Source: Chrysomallon squamiferum (lineage: Eukaryota > Animalia > Mollusca). Taken from it: a stretch of DNA of 64,000 bases. Location of the stretch: contig CM022672.1 of NCBI GenBank assembly GCA_012295275.1, positions 15,252,001 to 15,316,000 of the forward strand, read 5' to 3'. The translations under genes and the position numbers were made by a program. Positions 27,104-41,322 of the stretch are shown in pieces. The notes under the pieces were generated by a model. It saw only the letters and a list, made by a program, of their open reading frames with translations, did no database searches and was not told where the DNA came from. The first letter of the stretch is position 1. Every line of letters starts with the position of its first letter.

Positions 27104-27446
27104 TTTGTTTATTTATTTATTGTTATTTATTTACACAGTCAAGACATTTTTAATTTGTAGGATTGATAATTATATAATGGGACAGTTTATGGTGGCTTTT
27201 GGTTGTAGTAGCAAGATAATGTTTACTTGCAGTCAGAGAAATTCTTACTGCATTTTTTGAAAATGCAGAGTTCACGGTCATGTTGCAACGGGAAATAGGT
27301 CAGACTTGCGCTTTTGATATCTTTTACAAAACAAAACTCGGCTTACTTGAGCCGCAGAATCAACAGATAATTCAGTTTAATGTGATTTATTTCAGTGATT
27401 GTAATCAACTATTCTGGGAAGTAATTGGAAAATCAGTTTAATGGGA

Positions 27447-27503
<57 letters not shown>

Positions 27504-27578
27504 TTTTTTTTTTGTTAATATTTTTTAATGATTTAGATGCATAAAAAAAATAATAAGATTTTGTCTGTGGAATATTTT

Positions 27579-27612
<34 letters not shown>

Positions 27613-28440
27613 AGGGTTAACTAACCTGGTACATACTGAAGAGAATAAATTTAGAATTTCACGTTATTTATTTACTTATTATTTTATTTACATTTCAGTC
27701 ATTAAAATCAATTTATACAAATTAAAAATAATCTTCCTGACCTTGTCAGTACTTGTTTATTCAACCCGTAGTTTAAATAATTCTTTGGTCAGATAATCAC
27801 TTGTATTCTCAAGTTTACCAAGTAAATTAATAATGAAATAATAATTACAATAATGAAATAAAAAATAATGGTATATCAATCAATATTAAAATAAAATGAA
27901 TATAAAACTATAGTTTTAAACAAAATTAATAAAACAGTAATATTCAAGCAAATTAGTAAAGAAAAAAAAAAAAGACACCAATAATATTAAACAAAATTAA
28001 TAACAGATAGTCTGAGAAGTAGATTTGTTTCATTAAAATTATTCAGCTCAAAATGCACTAAAATGGTTTCCAAGAAACGCACTTTTCTTTCCTTTTTTGG
28101 AAAGATCCTGCATTCCGAAAGGCTATTTTCTTTTCTTTCATTTTCTTCTTCTTTTTTCCTTTTATTTCCTTTCTTTTTTTTCTACGTGAAACGAACAGAA
28201 TACAGTCTGGAAAAGAACTATTTCCAAGAAAGATAACTATAACAGAAAACAGTTTAAAAGAGAAACTACTTCCAAGAAAAGTGACGGTAACGCCCAGCAC
28301 ACGAAATGGTATAAAAAGCGTCCCAGTAGCAGAGAGCGTGCCTGTCGCAGACGTGTTTCCAACCAGCTCGTTCTGTTAGCACTTTCATTGTTTCACTTAC
28401 TTACTCACAACAACTCTGGTTACAAGGCGGACACGGTGAA

Positions 28441-28850
28441 ATGAAGGTACGTATATATTTTAATTTAATTTAGTTTTATTTTATTTTATTTTATCTTTCC
28501 AAAGGTTTTTTGGTTTATTTTATTTTGTTCTTCTTTTTTTTTTTTTTCTTCTTCTTCTTCTTATTATTATTATGATTATTATTATTATTATTACTTTTAT
28601 TATTATTATTATTATTTTTTTAAATAAATTAGAAATTATTTGGGATAATAAATAATAACTTATTTCCTTTATATATTTCTTTCTGTTTTAAATGTAATGA
28701 CATAATTATCTTTTCTTTTTTTTTTTTCAATTTTTTTCTTTTTTTTTTTAAATATTCCTCTTTATTTCATACACATTTGTAAATGTATTTATTTTAAAAT
28801 ATATAAAACATCAATTATTAACACATTGCTCTCTCTCTCTCTCATACACA

Positions 28851-28893
<43 letters not shown>

Positions 28894-30299
28894 CAATATA
28901 TACATTATATAATTTTCTTTCCCAAGTTCCCAGTCTACTTGGCTGTGCTTTTGTGCACGGTCTGTGCGGTACACTCGTGGGAAAACTGGTGGCGTCAGGA
29001 ATTTACATTCAGGTGCGACGCCGGATGGAGTATCGGAAGACTCACCAGTGAACACGCCGACCGCTACGAAGGACAGAAGGTGGTCTTTTAACTGCGTCAA
29101 CATCAGTGAGATGTCGAATACTTGCCAGTGGTCATGTAATTGTCAAAAATAAAATAGTTTCTTTTATGCATTTTATCGAGCGAGATGTTTTTGGTTTTCT
29201 GTGTCCACAACAGTAGCTCAAACGTAGTCTGTATCAGATGCAGGATTTTTTCCTCTTTTTGCTAGGTGCATAATTAAATCCTTGATGACAGGTGCAGGAT
29301 AATCCCTCGTTTTCAGATGCAGGATAAGTCCACTTTGTCAAGTGCAGGATAAATCCGTTTTACGTCCTAACTGTTCTCAAAATCCATTTTTTTTTTTTTA
29401 TAAAATAATAATCATTTTCTTTTCTTTTTCTGAAAATTAAGTCTAAAAAATAGGATTCTTTTTTAAGATAAATATTATAAAAAGGAGTAAAAAATAAACT
29501 GTACAATTTTCGTATCTCTGAAAACATCAATTTACAAAAAATCTGCTTAAATTAAAAAAAAATAATAATAATAATTTAAATAAAACAATTATTGTTATGT
29601 TACTTTTTATGTTGACAAGAATTCGATTTTTTGGTAAAATATTTTTCAAACAATAGATTTTATTTATTTTATATTTCTCCCTGCTTAGGATATCTGAACA
29701 AAGCTGAAAGCCTATTGAAATATCAGTGTGAATCCAACGGCTTCATTAATGGCATATTAAGCTACTTCGACTACGGTTTGAAAGACAGAATTTTCAAAAT
29801 CTTTTCTCAAAATCCATTGTTTTAAAAAATAATAATCATTTTCTTTTCTTTTTCTGAAAATAAAGTCTGAAAAAAGAAGGATTCTTTTTTAAGAATAAAG
29901 ATTATAAACAGGATTTAAAAAATTGTACAATTTTCGTATATCTAAAAATATCATTTACTAAAACTGCTTAGATTTAAATTAAAAAAAAATATTGTTATGT
30001 TACTTTTTATGTTGACAAGAATTATATTTTGTAAAATATTTCTTAAACAACACAGATTTTATTTATTTTATTTTTCTCCCTGCTTAGTATATCAGAACTC
30101 ATTTGATGGCCAACTGTCATATCAGTGTCAATTCAACGGCTTCATTAATGGCATCTCAAGCTACTACGACAACTTTTTCAAAGACAGACGTTTCAAGATT
30201 TGTTGCTGTTCCAAAGCAGGTTATCCATTGAAATTTATCTGAAATATAAAAATGTGTTATTTGTATGCGAGTTTATGATCATTATCATCATCGTCATCG

Positions 30300-30354
<55 letters not shown>

Positions 30355-30595
30355 TATTATTACTATTATTACTATTATTATTATTATTACTGAATTAAGT
30401 CTCAATACTACTACCACCATTGCCTATGACTATTCCTAATACAGCCACTACTGTGATAAACTTTAACCATGTTAATGATGTTGCCGGTGATGCTGTTGCT
30501 GCTGCTGATGATGGTGGTGACGAGATTTTTATTATTACTATTTTTTTTTTTTTTAGGTTTCATCATTTTATAACGATGATTTAATTACTGTTGTA

Positions 30596-30626
<31 letters not shown>

Positions 30627-30766
30627 CATTTTATTTAACTGAAGAATGCAAGTTTACTGATAATGTAAATTATAATTAATTACTGTTGTTGTTGGTGGTG
30701 TTGTTATATCTGGTTATTTATTATTATAATTATTATAATTACTGTTGTTGTTGGTGGTGTTGTTAT

Positions 30767-30799
<33 letters not shown>

Positions 30800-31440
30800 A
30801 TATCTGGTTATTTCAGGTATAATACTGAAGAACTGCAAGTTTACTGATAATGTAAATTATAATATTATTATATTATTATAATTACTGTTGTTGTTGGTGG
30901 TGTTGTTATATCTGGTTATTTCAGGTATAATACTGAAGAACTGCAAGTTTACTGATAATATAAATTATAATATTATTATAATTATTATAATTACTGTTGT
31001 TGGTGGTGTTGTTGTTATATCTGGTTATTTCAGGTATAGTAATGAAGAACTGCAAGTTTACTGATAATGTAAATTATAATATTTTTATAATTATTATAAT
31101 TACTGTTGTTGTTGTATTTATTTCAGGTATAGTAATGAGGAATTGCAGGTACACTGATGAATACCAGAACGCTTTTGACGGTTACCTTGATTATCTAGTT
31201 CCTAGCAACAAGGTTCTGAGAGGTGTTTTCAGTTACCACAACAACTTCTATGAGTAAGTACAATAAACACGTAAATAAATAAGTAAATAAATAAAAGAAA
31301 TTAACCATCAAACAATCTACAAGTACTATTACTATTACTACTATTACTTTATTTACTACTACAGTTATTATCATTACTGTTGTTGTTATTACTCGTAACA
31401 CTAATATTATTATTATTACTACTACTACTGCTATCACTGA

Positions 31441-31492
<52 letters not shown>

Positions 31493-31553
31493 TGATAGAG
31501 ACAGACGGTGGAAATTTGAAGTCTGCGACAAGCCACAATTATTAATCGAATGA
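28441..31553 (+). pseudogene. HAAF/dermatopontin-like gene 2, frameshifted (pseudogene or sequence error); exons 28441-28446, 28927-29135, 30088-30219, 31127-31253, 31499-31553
   Basis: Same exon structure as gene 1. A +1 base at ~29070 (TACGAAGGACAGA) breaks the EDRRW motif. There is an extra truncated exon 3 at 29689 and partial exon-4 duplicates at 30640-31070. The ancestral stop reads CAA, extending the C-terminus to DKPQLLIE*. Confidence 0.8.
30640..31126 (+). repeat. Tandem ~108-bp duplications of the intron-3 acceptor plus the first ~35 nt of exon 4
   Basis: TTTCAG|GTATA(A/G)TA(C/A)TGAAGAACTGCAAGTTTACTGATAAT at 30817, 30925 and 31034, plus a partial copy at ~30640, all before the full exon at 31127. 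Confidence 0.85.
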
Positions 31554-32468
31554 ATCTCGTAAGTATTATAAATACACATTTATGTGTGCGTGTGTGTGTG
31601 CGTGTGCGTGCGCGTGCGCGTGCGTGTGTGTGCGTGTGTGTGTGTGTGTGTGTGAGTCAACCAGAGTTATCCTCTGGCGGAGAACAGACTCAAAAGGACA
31701 TTTGGATGACAACATTTCCGGCTAGTCTACTCATTTAACAATAATTTCGGCCTTACATTCCCTTAGATCTGTCATTTGCCAGTACAGTGAAAAGTGTCAT
31801 TTAGTCGTACATACACACGCTACAAGACCCGTATCATAAAATCAGCGACTCTGAAATCTCCATATTGATGTACGCGAGGGGTTGTCTCAAAACCCAGTAC
31901 GAGTTGTATTGTTCAAAGTTATTTCATTAGTGTTCAGTTGATAGTTTATACATTAAAAGATGTGTGTGCGTGTGTGTGTGTTTGGAGGGGTATCTACCTG
32001 AAAGCATTTATAAAAGTATGTTTTTATTTGTGTAAATTATCATGATTTCTACCTATATTTACTTAATAATAATAATAGAAAACTTTACTCTAACCGTATA
32101 CATTAGTTTCCACTTGTTTTTATTTTTATTTTTTGCAGGCGATTTGAGATTCAGAAATTCGAACACTTCATTTACAGATATTTAACTGAACAATAGTAAT
32201 CTTTTTGTCTTCTCGGCCATTTTCTGCACCAAGTATACAAGAACATTCTGTGTTCATGTGCATAGAGTTACTGTTATAAGCATTCAATTAAACTGACGTT
32301 TAAATAAAATCTTTTCAATATTTTGTTTTATTATTCTTAATTAGATTAGCATAATATTCATTAGAATATTGTCAGTAATTATGAAAACTTCTGTCAAGAA
32401 TGTATGTATTAATGTAATTTAAATATATTTTCGTTGTGTCGAAATAAATCCTATCCTCTTTGATTAAT

Positions 32469-32558
<90 letters not shown>

Positions 32559-33401
32559 ATATTATTAAAAACTGAAATGACAAAAATGATAAATAATACA
32601 GCAAATCCATTCTATTCTGTTATAACTAAAGTTGGAGTGATTTATATAAAACAATTAATATATGTCAAATACAACAAAACCCGCATTAAAAAAAACAAAA
32701 ACAAACAAAAAAAACGTTTTCAAGTATGCAGTTTCTTTATTTTAGAGTTTAATGTTAAATAATTACACGTTATTAACTAATTAACATAAATGAATACTCA
32801 TCGATCTGGCTAAATAAAACAAAAGAAAAAAAGAAAACAAGTAGCTTTTATATTACTATTGCTACTGTTGCTGCTGTTACTACTACTGCTATGGTATCAC
32901 TGATACTAATCCTGTTGTTATTGTTTCTACCATTACGACAGCTACTACTGAAAAACACTTAAGAATAATTAAACAAATATTTCTAGATGAAACAAGAAGT
33001 GAGAAAAACATCAATCTGTACTTAAGTACTCTTCATTCTTTCAATTAGTGCCAGATCTCCGCTATTTCAGAAACCATGTGATCTGAAGACTGAAAAAGAT
33101 GCATCTTTAACATCAAATGAAGGCTGTACAATGGTTAAGAGAAACACTGATTTCAGCTGCGTCACAGAAATTCCAAACGACAACGTTGAGGGTCCAGATG
33201 AAATTTTCAGCACGGATAAAATAAACCTCTTTACTCACAAATCGGTCCCATTAACTAAAATGGTTTAAATGAAATATTAATTAGCATTAAATTTAAATAA
33301 GCTAGTAGAACATCCAGATTTTTACATTTGTTTAAAGTAAAAATATCAAAATTACAGTCAAAAAGAAATTAATAAAAGAAATAAAATCAAGAATATTTAA
33401 A

Positions 33402-33440
<39 letters not shown>

Positions 33441-33729
33441 CATGATGATAATACTACTACTACTAATAATTATAATAAAAATAAGACTTTAAAGCTGCTG
33501 ACAAAAAAAATAAAAAAATAAAAAAATAAATAAATAAAAGTCATATCCATTCGATATCGTGGGCTCAGTCTTGTACATATTTTTCTGCTGCTCAAAAAAC
33601 TTAAATGACAGTTCCACGGTAATGGACGTTACATTTAGAGGTTTTGGAGATCATTCCAAATGCCAAGTTCTTAGAGTCGTACCTCGAGGAACCTGAGTAA
33701 GAGATTTGTCTATGTCCAAGTCTGTTTCG

Positions 33730-34087
33730 TGTCACAGGGAAAAGAACTCTGGGATATCTATTGTCACAGGGAAAAGAACTCTGGGATATATATTGTCACA
33801 GGGAAAAGAACTCTGGGATATCTATTGTCACAGGGAAAAGAACTCTGGGATATCTATTGTCACAGGGAAAAGAACTCTGGGATATCTATTGTCACAGGGA
33901 AAAGAACTCTAGGACATCTGTTGTCACAGAGAAAAGAACTCTGGGACATCTATTGTCACAGGGAAAAGAACTCTAGGACATCTGTTGTCACAGAGAAAAG
34001 AACTCTGGGACATCTATTGTCACAGGGAAAATAACTCTGGGATATCTGTTGTCACAGGGAAAAGAACTCTGGGACATCTATTGTCAC
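33730..34087. repeat. 32-bp minisatellite, about 11 copies
   Basis: Unit TGTCACAGGGAAAAGAACTCTGGGATATCTAT; single copy in the paralogous regions (~21397, ~54274). Confidence 0.95.
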
Positions 34088-34807
34088 GGGGCCGAGCGTA
34101 TAAGAGGTGTTAGCTTTCACGTGCTACAGAAACAGGATAACCATTTGTCCCTGCTTCCGACTTATTCAAAGATAACGCAAAATATATTTACCAACATAAC
34201 TGCCTAATAATGGCCGCCAACTCCTCAGTCCCACCCGTGTCTTGTCTTTGTTCTTTGTGGTTTCTTCTCTCGTCTCTTTTGACATTTACTTAAATAAACA
34301 CGTTGAGGACTTCCCTGAAGTCAGCAGACCATAGCTGACAAAAATTCCTTTTGTCTCTCGCTAATGATCGTTAATTGCTTAGTGATTTCAGTAATTAGAT
34401 TACTGTCAACTAACAGTAGATATTTAATAAATACATACTGCTAGTAATATTTGTAGAAATGAATGGTTAACATATTTACTTACTTTAAAGATGCATACAG
34501 TTTAACTACGAGATGTTAAACTCTATTAAAGTAAGCTATTTAGGTAAATAGTAAATATGTTACCCACATTTTCGAAACCTACCTTAAAAGTTCAACAATA
34601 TAAAATATTATAATAAGTAAAAAAATATAGCTACCAGGTAATTCTACAAGTAGGTATAACCTAAATTGAGATATGCGGCTTAGTAAATAAGTTAGGACCA
34701 TTTTTCTAAGTTATAGAAACACAGAAAACACTACATATGAATATCGCTGAGAACACTTTCCACAGCTTGAACGAGGCCCTATTAGGGTATTGTTAAGGGC
34801 CCCCCTA
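34082..34807. mobile_element. ~725-bp insertion, possibly LTR-derived
   Basis: Absent from the paralogs at ~21430 and ~54305. Flanked by CTAT on both sides (34078-81, 34808-11). The first 259 bp run TGTCA...AATAAA...TGACA like a solo LTR, but the right end of the whole insert is not CA. Confidence 0.45.
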
Positions 34808-37050
34808 CTATCAGCTGATGGTTAATCAGAAAATTGTGCATTACGGATGTTACATTAAAACGACATGAGTAAAAATCAACTAAATGTATTTGAAAATTTA
34901 AAAATTTAAATTGTACGTATAAATATTTGCCCTTGCAATCAAAGTCAGATGGCTACAGAATACGATAAATTATAATTTAATTTGAAATTAAAGCATAGGA
35001 AAAGTATTCTATAATTGAATGTGACGGACTTAAGATTTTGTCCGTTGACAAAAAATGATGTTCCCTCTCCGTAGAAAGAAGTATTTGGTTAACTGCTGTT
35101 ATGATAAAAGTATTTTAATGCATGATCAAAATCATGAAATGCATTTGATGACTCAACTATACTTTCACAGACTTTTCAACTCATACACCAATAATTACCT
35201 ATGGATCCATTATCTTGCAAGAACCTGAAATTATTCAAAAGATAATGTTCATTTAGTAATGTTAAGTTGAAGCGACGAAAAACATGTCCACATGATTTGG
35301 TATTGATTCATTGAAATTAATAGATGGGAAAGGACCAGACTAATCCCATCTTCTGTCATATTTGGGGTTAATGTGCGAAATCTATAGTTAATTTTAATCG
35401 AAGAAATTTGCTCCCTCCAAGGATCTTTTTCTCTGATCATGATGGTAACTTTTCCATCATATAGAAAAGTCTGTTCTCTTTAGATAGCTATTTCCAGATG
35501 GTACCAGCTCCGTGCATGACAGTGTAATCATGAATTTATTTCACCTTTTCAGGAAAGAGTTCATTATCATACACTGTACTGAGCAACAGGATTTAACACT
35601 TATTACAACTTCTTCTATAAACAGAGGGCTCATTTCCAAGCAGATGAATTTCTACAGATGTTTGCAATTCATCATTTATCAGAATGAAGGTGACACAGAG
35701 ACCATCCTCAGTCGAAACATCCAGTACGTTTGAATCTTCATGAAACAAGCTCAGGAAATGAACAAAGAGGAGGTATTGAACAATTGTGGGTAAAAAAATC
35801 ATCATCTAGTTGTAATCACTGAATCCACCTTTATTCAGAGGCCGAATAACTGAGACAGTAGTAACGATTTTTCTTGATTTACATGAAAATAAGGGATGTT
35901 ACATAATCCACTTTTTCTTGTGGTAGATAAGAAAGAACGTGATTAAATGCCTTGGATTTTCTTCTCACATAAACTTTTATATATTTTTGTTACACTGACT
36001 GAGCACTTTACTTTAAATCCAGATTTTGGCAACGTACGTTCAGAATATTATTTAAGCTTCTATATTCATTGAAATGATGCTACATTATGAAGCCAGTTTA
36101 GTGTCGCTGATTTTGGAGGCTTAATATTCCTATTTTGGTGTAGTTTGCACCTTTGAGATTATGTGATATATTTTGATGTTAGAACCATGTAGAAAACAAT
36201 ATGAATTTTCATTCTTATTTTGAAAATTAGGACTTTTGTGAAAAAGTTTTGGCCTTTTCCATAATGATATAATGAAATTTGAATATAGAACGAAACGCAA
36301 TTTTATTATTGTTATTGTTATTGTTGTTGTTGTTGTTATTGCTGCTGATGATGCTATTGTTTATTTTATTTTATTTAACCTTTTCTTTGTTTCTTTATTT
36401 ATTATCTTAACATAAATCCGTGAATTGTTAAATTTATATTATTTAATTTAATTTTATTGTTAGTTATTTTATTAATTTGTTTCTTTCTTTATTTTAATGT
36501 GAATAGTAATTTTGCCGAATCACTGTAAGCACAAATTTACATTCCTTCTTTTATTTTCAGTTTCCACATCAGTAAACACGCCCTCTATTACAGATTATTG
36601 TAAAATTTACATTAGTGAACTCCTTCAACAAACTTTTTGTTTATCCCGTGTATAACACAAAAACAAACGATTGACAAAAAGAACATTTTACGACCAGTAA
36701 ATGAGAGGTCCTGTTGAGGAGTGATTGTCCGACACTGGATGCAAAACATCAGTGTACAAAGCTCAAGGTTAAGAACGAATATTCACCCTTGTATACAAAA
36801 CATTCATTTTTAAAATAGATTTGTTTACGGGTTTGCTATAGGAAGTCACTTTCCTTACCCTTACTCGAATAAACAAGCGCAATAGTCGAAAAAGAGTTCT
36901 GAAAATGTTAACAGCAAAGAAATAATAGATTTTTAAGAAGAGAAGACCAAAAGTTTAAAGCAGTGAGATAGGGAAATAATCACAGGGAAACAAGCAGAAA
37001 TTACGATTTAAAAAAAAGGTTTAATTTGCATCAAGATAGTTTTCGGCAAA

Positions 37051-38404
37051 ATGCTGCAAGAAGTCGTAATGAACAATTTGACCGCTCTAGTTCTTCTGAT
37101 GGGGATATTAGGAATCTGGTTGTTTCTGCAGCGACCAAAAGGGATTCCCCCTGGACCCTGGCTGACCTTCCCTATCATTGGAAATCTTTTTCAAGTGGGT
37201 ACCAACCCGGTGAAGTCGTTTAGAAAACTGAGAAGGAAATACGGCGACGTGTTCAGTGTTTATTTTTCTCATCATCTCGTCATCGCTATCAACGGTTATG
37301 ACAATTTAAAAGATGCCTTTGCAAAAAATGGCGAATCTTTTACACAGAGGCCAGATATATTGTTTTTGGATTTCGTTTCAAAACATAAAGGAATTTTAGG
37401 ATCTAGTGGTGACGTCTGGAGAGAACAGAGGAAACTGGCACTGGTTACGCTGAAAAATTTGGGAATGGGAAAGAATATTCTGGAAGTTAAAATTCTAGAA
37501 GAAATCTGTGCTTTCGTTGAGGAAATAAAAAAAACAAAGGGTAAGGCCACACATTTTCGCAGTCTTATTGGCACTTCTGTATCTAATGTTATTTCCTCTA
37601 TTGCATTTGGCAAACGATTCGAGTTTAAAGATCCAGGATTACAGAGACTGATGAATGTTACTGAAAAAATTACTTCACAATCTATGGTTCCTACATTTTT
37701 CCCGTTCCTCCGTTTGATACCTGGCGATCTTTTCGGATTAGGTCGCCTAAAAAACAGTATTGATTTGATAATAAAGGAGTTAGTGGACACTTCACTAGAA
37801 GAACATCTGGTCGAATATGACGAGAACAACATTAATGACTTCATCAGTTCGTACATCAAAGAAATGAAAGCGAAAGAGAAACTCGGAGAAACAAAAAGTA
37901 GCATCGACATGGAAAATCTTCGAGCCTCGATCTGGAATCTTTTAATTGTAGGGACAGAATCGACGGCAACGACAATTCGATGGCTTTTGTTGTATTTTGA
38001 ACATTATTCCGAAATCCAGGAGAAATGTTTTAGCGAAATTCACGAGAAGGTTGGATGCGACCGAACGATAACTCTCAAAGACAAGTCAGAACTTCCCTAT
38101 CTCGATGCGACAATCTTGGAAACTTTGCGTCAAGCGGGCATCGGAAAATTTCAGACCTGAACGTTTTCTCGATGACAACGGACGAGTCGTTCAACGAGAA
38201 GAATTTATCCCGTTCCTGTTCGGTCCAAGAAACTGTATAGGAGAATCTCTGGCCAGAATGGAGCTGTTCTTGTTCACTGCCGCGATGATTCAGAAATTTG
38301 AGTTCCTCAAACCTGAAGGGTGTCCACTGATGACCATCGATCCTGTCTTTGGGATCACCCAGGCCCCAAGACCGTTCAAAGTTAGAGCCGTTCTGAGGAA
38401 ATAA
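37051..38404 (+). pseudogene. Intronless cytochrome P450, CYP2 clan (CYP2J/2U-like), copy c, with an internal frameshifting deletion at ~38143
   Basis: Has the N-terminal anchor, PPGP hinge, WREQR C-helix, VGTEST I-helix, ETLR K-helix, FRPERF and PFLFGPRNCIG heme motif. ETLRQAGI is fused directly to (P)ENFRPERF in another frame, so roughly 40 or more codons are missing. Confidence 0.88.
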
Positions 38405-39111
38405 ATCTATGGTTTGAAAATATTATATACTGAAAATAATGTTAAACACGCTGTGCATGTATGTACTTACCTATCAATGTATGTGTTTATATATATACGT
38501 GTGTATGATACAGGAAGTCAGACTAACACAGATACACATAGATATTCACACAAGTATATATAAGAAAAGCGGTTGGAGGGTTTGTACAGAAAGCGGACTG
38601 TTCGAATGTTAGAACTGAGTGAATAGAAATTTTAGTTACATTATAATTTCTGCTTGATTGATTAGTTTATCAAAGGTTCGCATGAAATGTGTTCTTTGCT
38701 ATCTACTCTAGTACAGCGTGTACAAAAATCTGGGCGTGCAAACTTAGTTTTCTCTTAGTGATCAATGGTTTTATCTTCTTTATAATAAAACTCATTTTTC
38801 GTTGTAGTTATATCATAAACAATAAAATCGCCTGTTTCCTTAATCCTGAATCAAACTCTGTGGGTTATTTTTATAACATATTTTTTTATTATTGTACTAT
38901 TAATATGTACTAAAATACTTTTGTCTTTTATTTTTGTATATGTATGTAAAGGCTTACTCCTTTTTCTGTTTTTAGGTGTATTATTATTATTAATTTTTAA
39001 ATATTGTTTGCAATAATTATACAGTTTTACGTTAGTTTCATTTTGTTTTACAAATATTTTAATTTTCTTTAAATTTATTATTACAAATATTTTAATTTTC
39101 TTTAATTTTAT

Positions 39112-39198
<87 letters not shown>

Positions 39199-39588
39199 AC
39201 GAAATTATGGACAGAAATGATAAAGTATATGGCAAATGCATTCTACTGTTTTGTAAAGAAAGTCAGAATGATTTAAATCGAAAAATTAATACTATATAAA
39301 TCGAAAAAAAAATAACCAAGTGAAAAAATAAAAAATGGTAGTAAAAGTGTTTTCGAAAGCTAAATAATTCAGTGGAGGGAAAAACGAAACTAGATGCTAT
39401 TTTAAATGAACGTAATTTAAGAGTCATCCTTCTGGTTAAAAAAAGATAAAAGGAAAACTATTGCAGGTGTGATTGCTGCTACTTCTCTTACTAATACTAC
39501 TACTCCTGTAGATGTGCTGCTACAACAGGTTTTCAAATGACTCTCTTTCTATCACTCTATCCTCTCTTATTCATTCTTTTTTCTCTCT

Positions 39589-39638
<50 letters not shown>

Positions 39639-39901
39639 TTATAAAAAACATTGATATTAACATACATGCATATGTTTATATATATGAATGTAAGTATCTG
39701 TATATAATAACCTTGCTAAGTAAACAATGAATGAATTAAAGAAACCCCACAACGAGCTACAGATCCTGCTTGTGTTGCTCTCTGGGTCACCGAGTTCTGC
39801 AAGCTACCTCGCCACATCAAGAAGTGGACCATTAAAGTGTAAATAATTTGTTACGTCCCCGAAAACTCTTCGACTGAGAACAACAACAACAACAACAATA
39901 A

Positions 39902-39937
<36 letters not shown>

Positions 39938-40476
39938 ACAAAGTAATTTAAAAAATGTTGATTTCCTTAATAATTCTATCTTTTTCGTCATAAGGTTTGT
40001 CTGCCAATCAGAAGCACAGACCTGTTTATTTGAATATAAGGGACAGTTAATTACAGCTGCATGAATAGATAAAACAGCAATAAATAGGAAATTACAATTT
40101 TTAATAGCCTAACATTACGATAGCACTAGTTGCCTCGGGGTCTGGTTCAGAAATAAATAGTCTTTGTCTGAGTCTGTCACGTATAAATAATGTTAAACAT
40201 GTACGCGCACGCAAGCAAGCCAGTACACTTTGTATATTGTAAATAAAACTAAAATATTTAAAAAAAAATTGGAAAACCCAAATAAAGAAAAAGTAGTTCT
40301 TTTATTCACACAATGAATTTTCTGTGACTCTAATGAATTGTTTGGAACCTATTTGGAAACAGTTTAATGGCAAACTCGTTTTTTGTTTAATTTTATTAAT
40401 TTATTTAAATACATAAAAACAATAATAAGATGGTATCAGTGGACATTTTGTATTAATATTTTAGTACTTATAAAAA

Positions 40477-40541
<65 letters not shown>

Positions 40542-40549
40542 GAGAGAGG

Positions 40550-40629
<80 letters not shown>

Positions 40630-40863
40630 TAGGCCAGGGTTAATTCATGGAACTAATTCATATATAAAAAGAATAAATTAAAAAATGATCAATATTCTTA
40701 TTAAATTTCTCTTAATTTACATATTTATTATATTATTTACATTTCAGTGATTATAATCAATTTATCCAGAATCAAAATAACCTTCCTGAACTTGTTTTAA
40801 CTATTGTCAATAGTTATTTATTTAACCCGTAGTTTAATTCAAGTTTATCAAGTGAATTAATGA

Positions 40864-40912
<49 letters not shown>

Positions 40913-41322
40913 TAATAATAATTTAAAATAATGGTATATGAAAAAAAAAAAAAATCAATAAATAAATAAAGCCATAGTATTAAACAAAATGAATTTTATA
41001 AAAGAAAAAGAAACACAGCAGTGGTGTTAAATAAAACTAATAACAGATAGTCTGAGAGATATATTTGTTAGATCAAAATCATTCAGCTTAAAATGTATTG
41101 AAATGATACTAAAGAACCGCACCTTATTTTCCGAAACGCTTTTTTTTTTTTTACGACCTTGAACCAATAGGATGGGATTTAATTTAAATTGAAAAAAAAT
41201 TAAAAGATATTTTTTTTTTTTTTTTTAAACTTAACCATAACGCCCACCAAACGAAATGGTATAAAAAAGTGGTTCCATCGACAAGACTGGTCACAAGGTG
41301 AGGCTCTTAACGTGACGTCGAA

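Noticed and set aside
33706-34034. ORFs in three frames with CHREKNSG repeats
   Set aside because: A 32-bp unit cycling through frames; not coding.
37296-37910. 204-aa antisense ORF (also 25122-25358)
   Set aside because: Shadow of the P450 sense frame; no independent motif.
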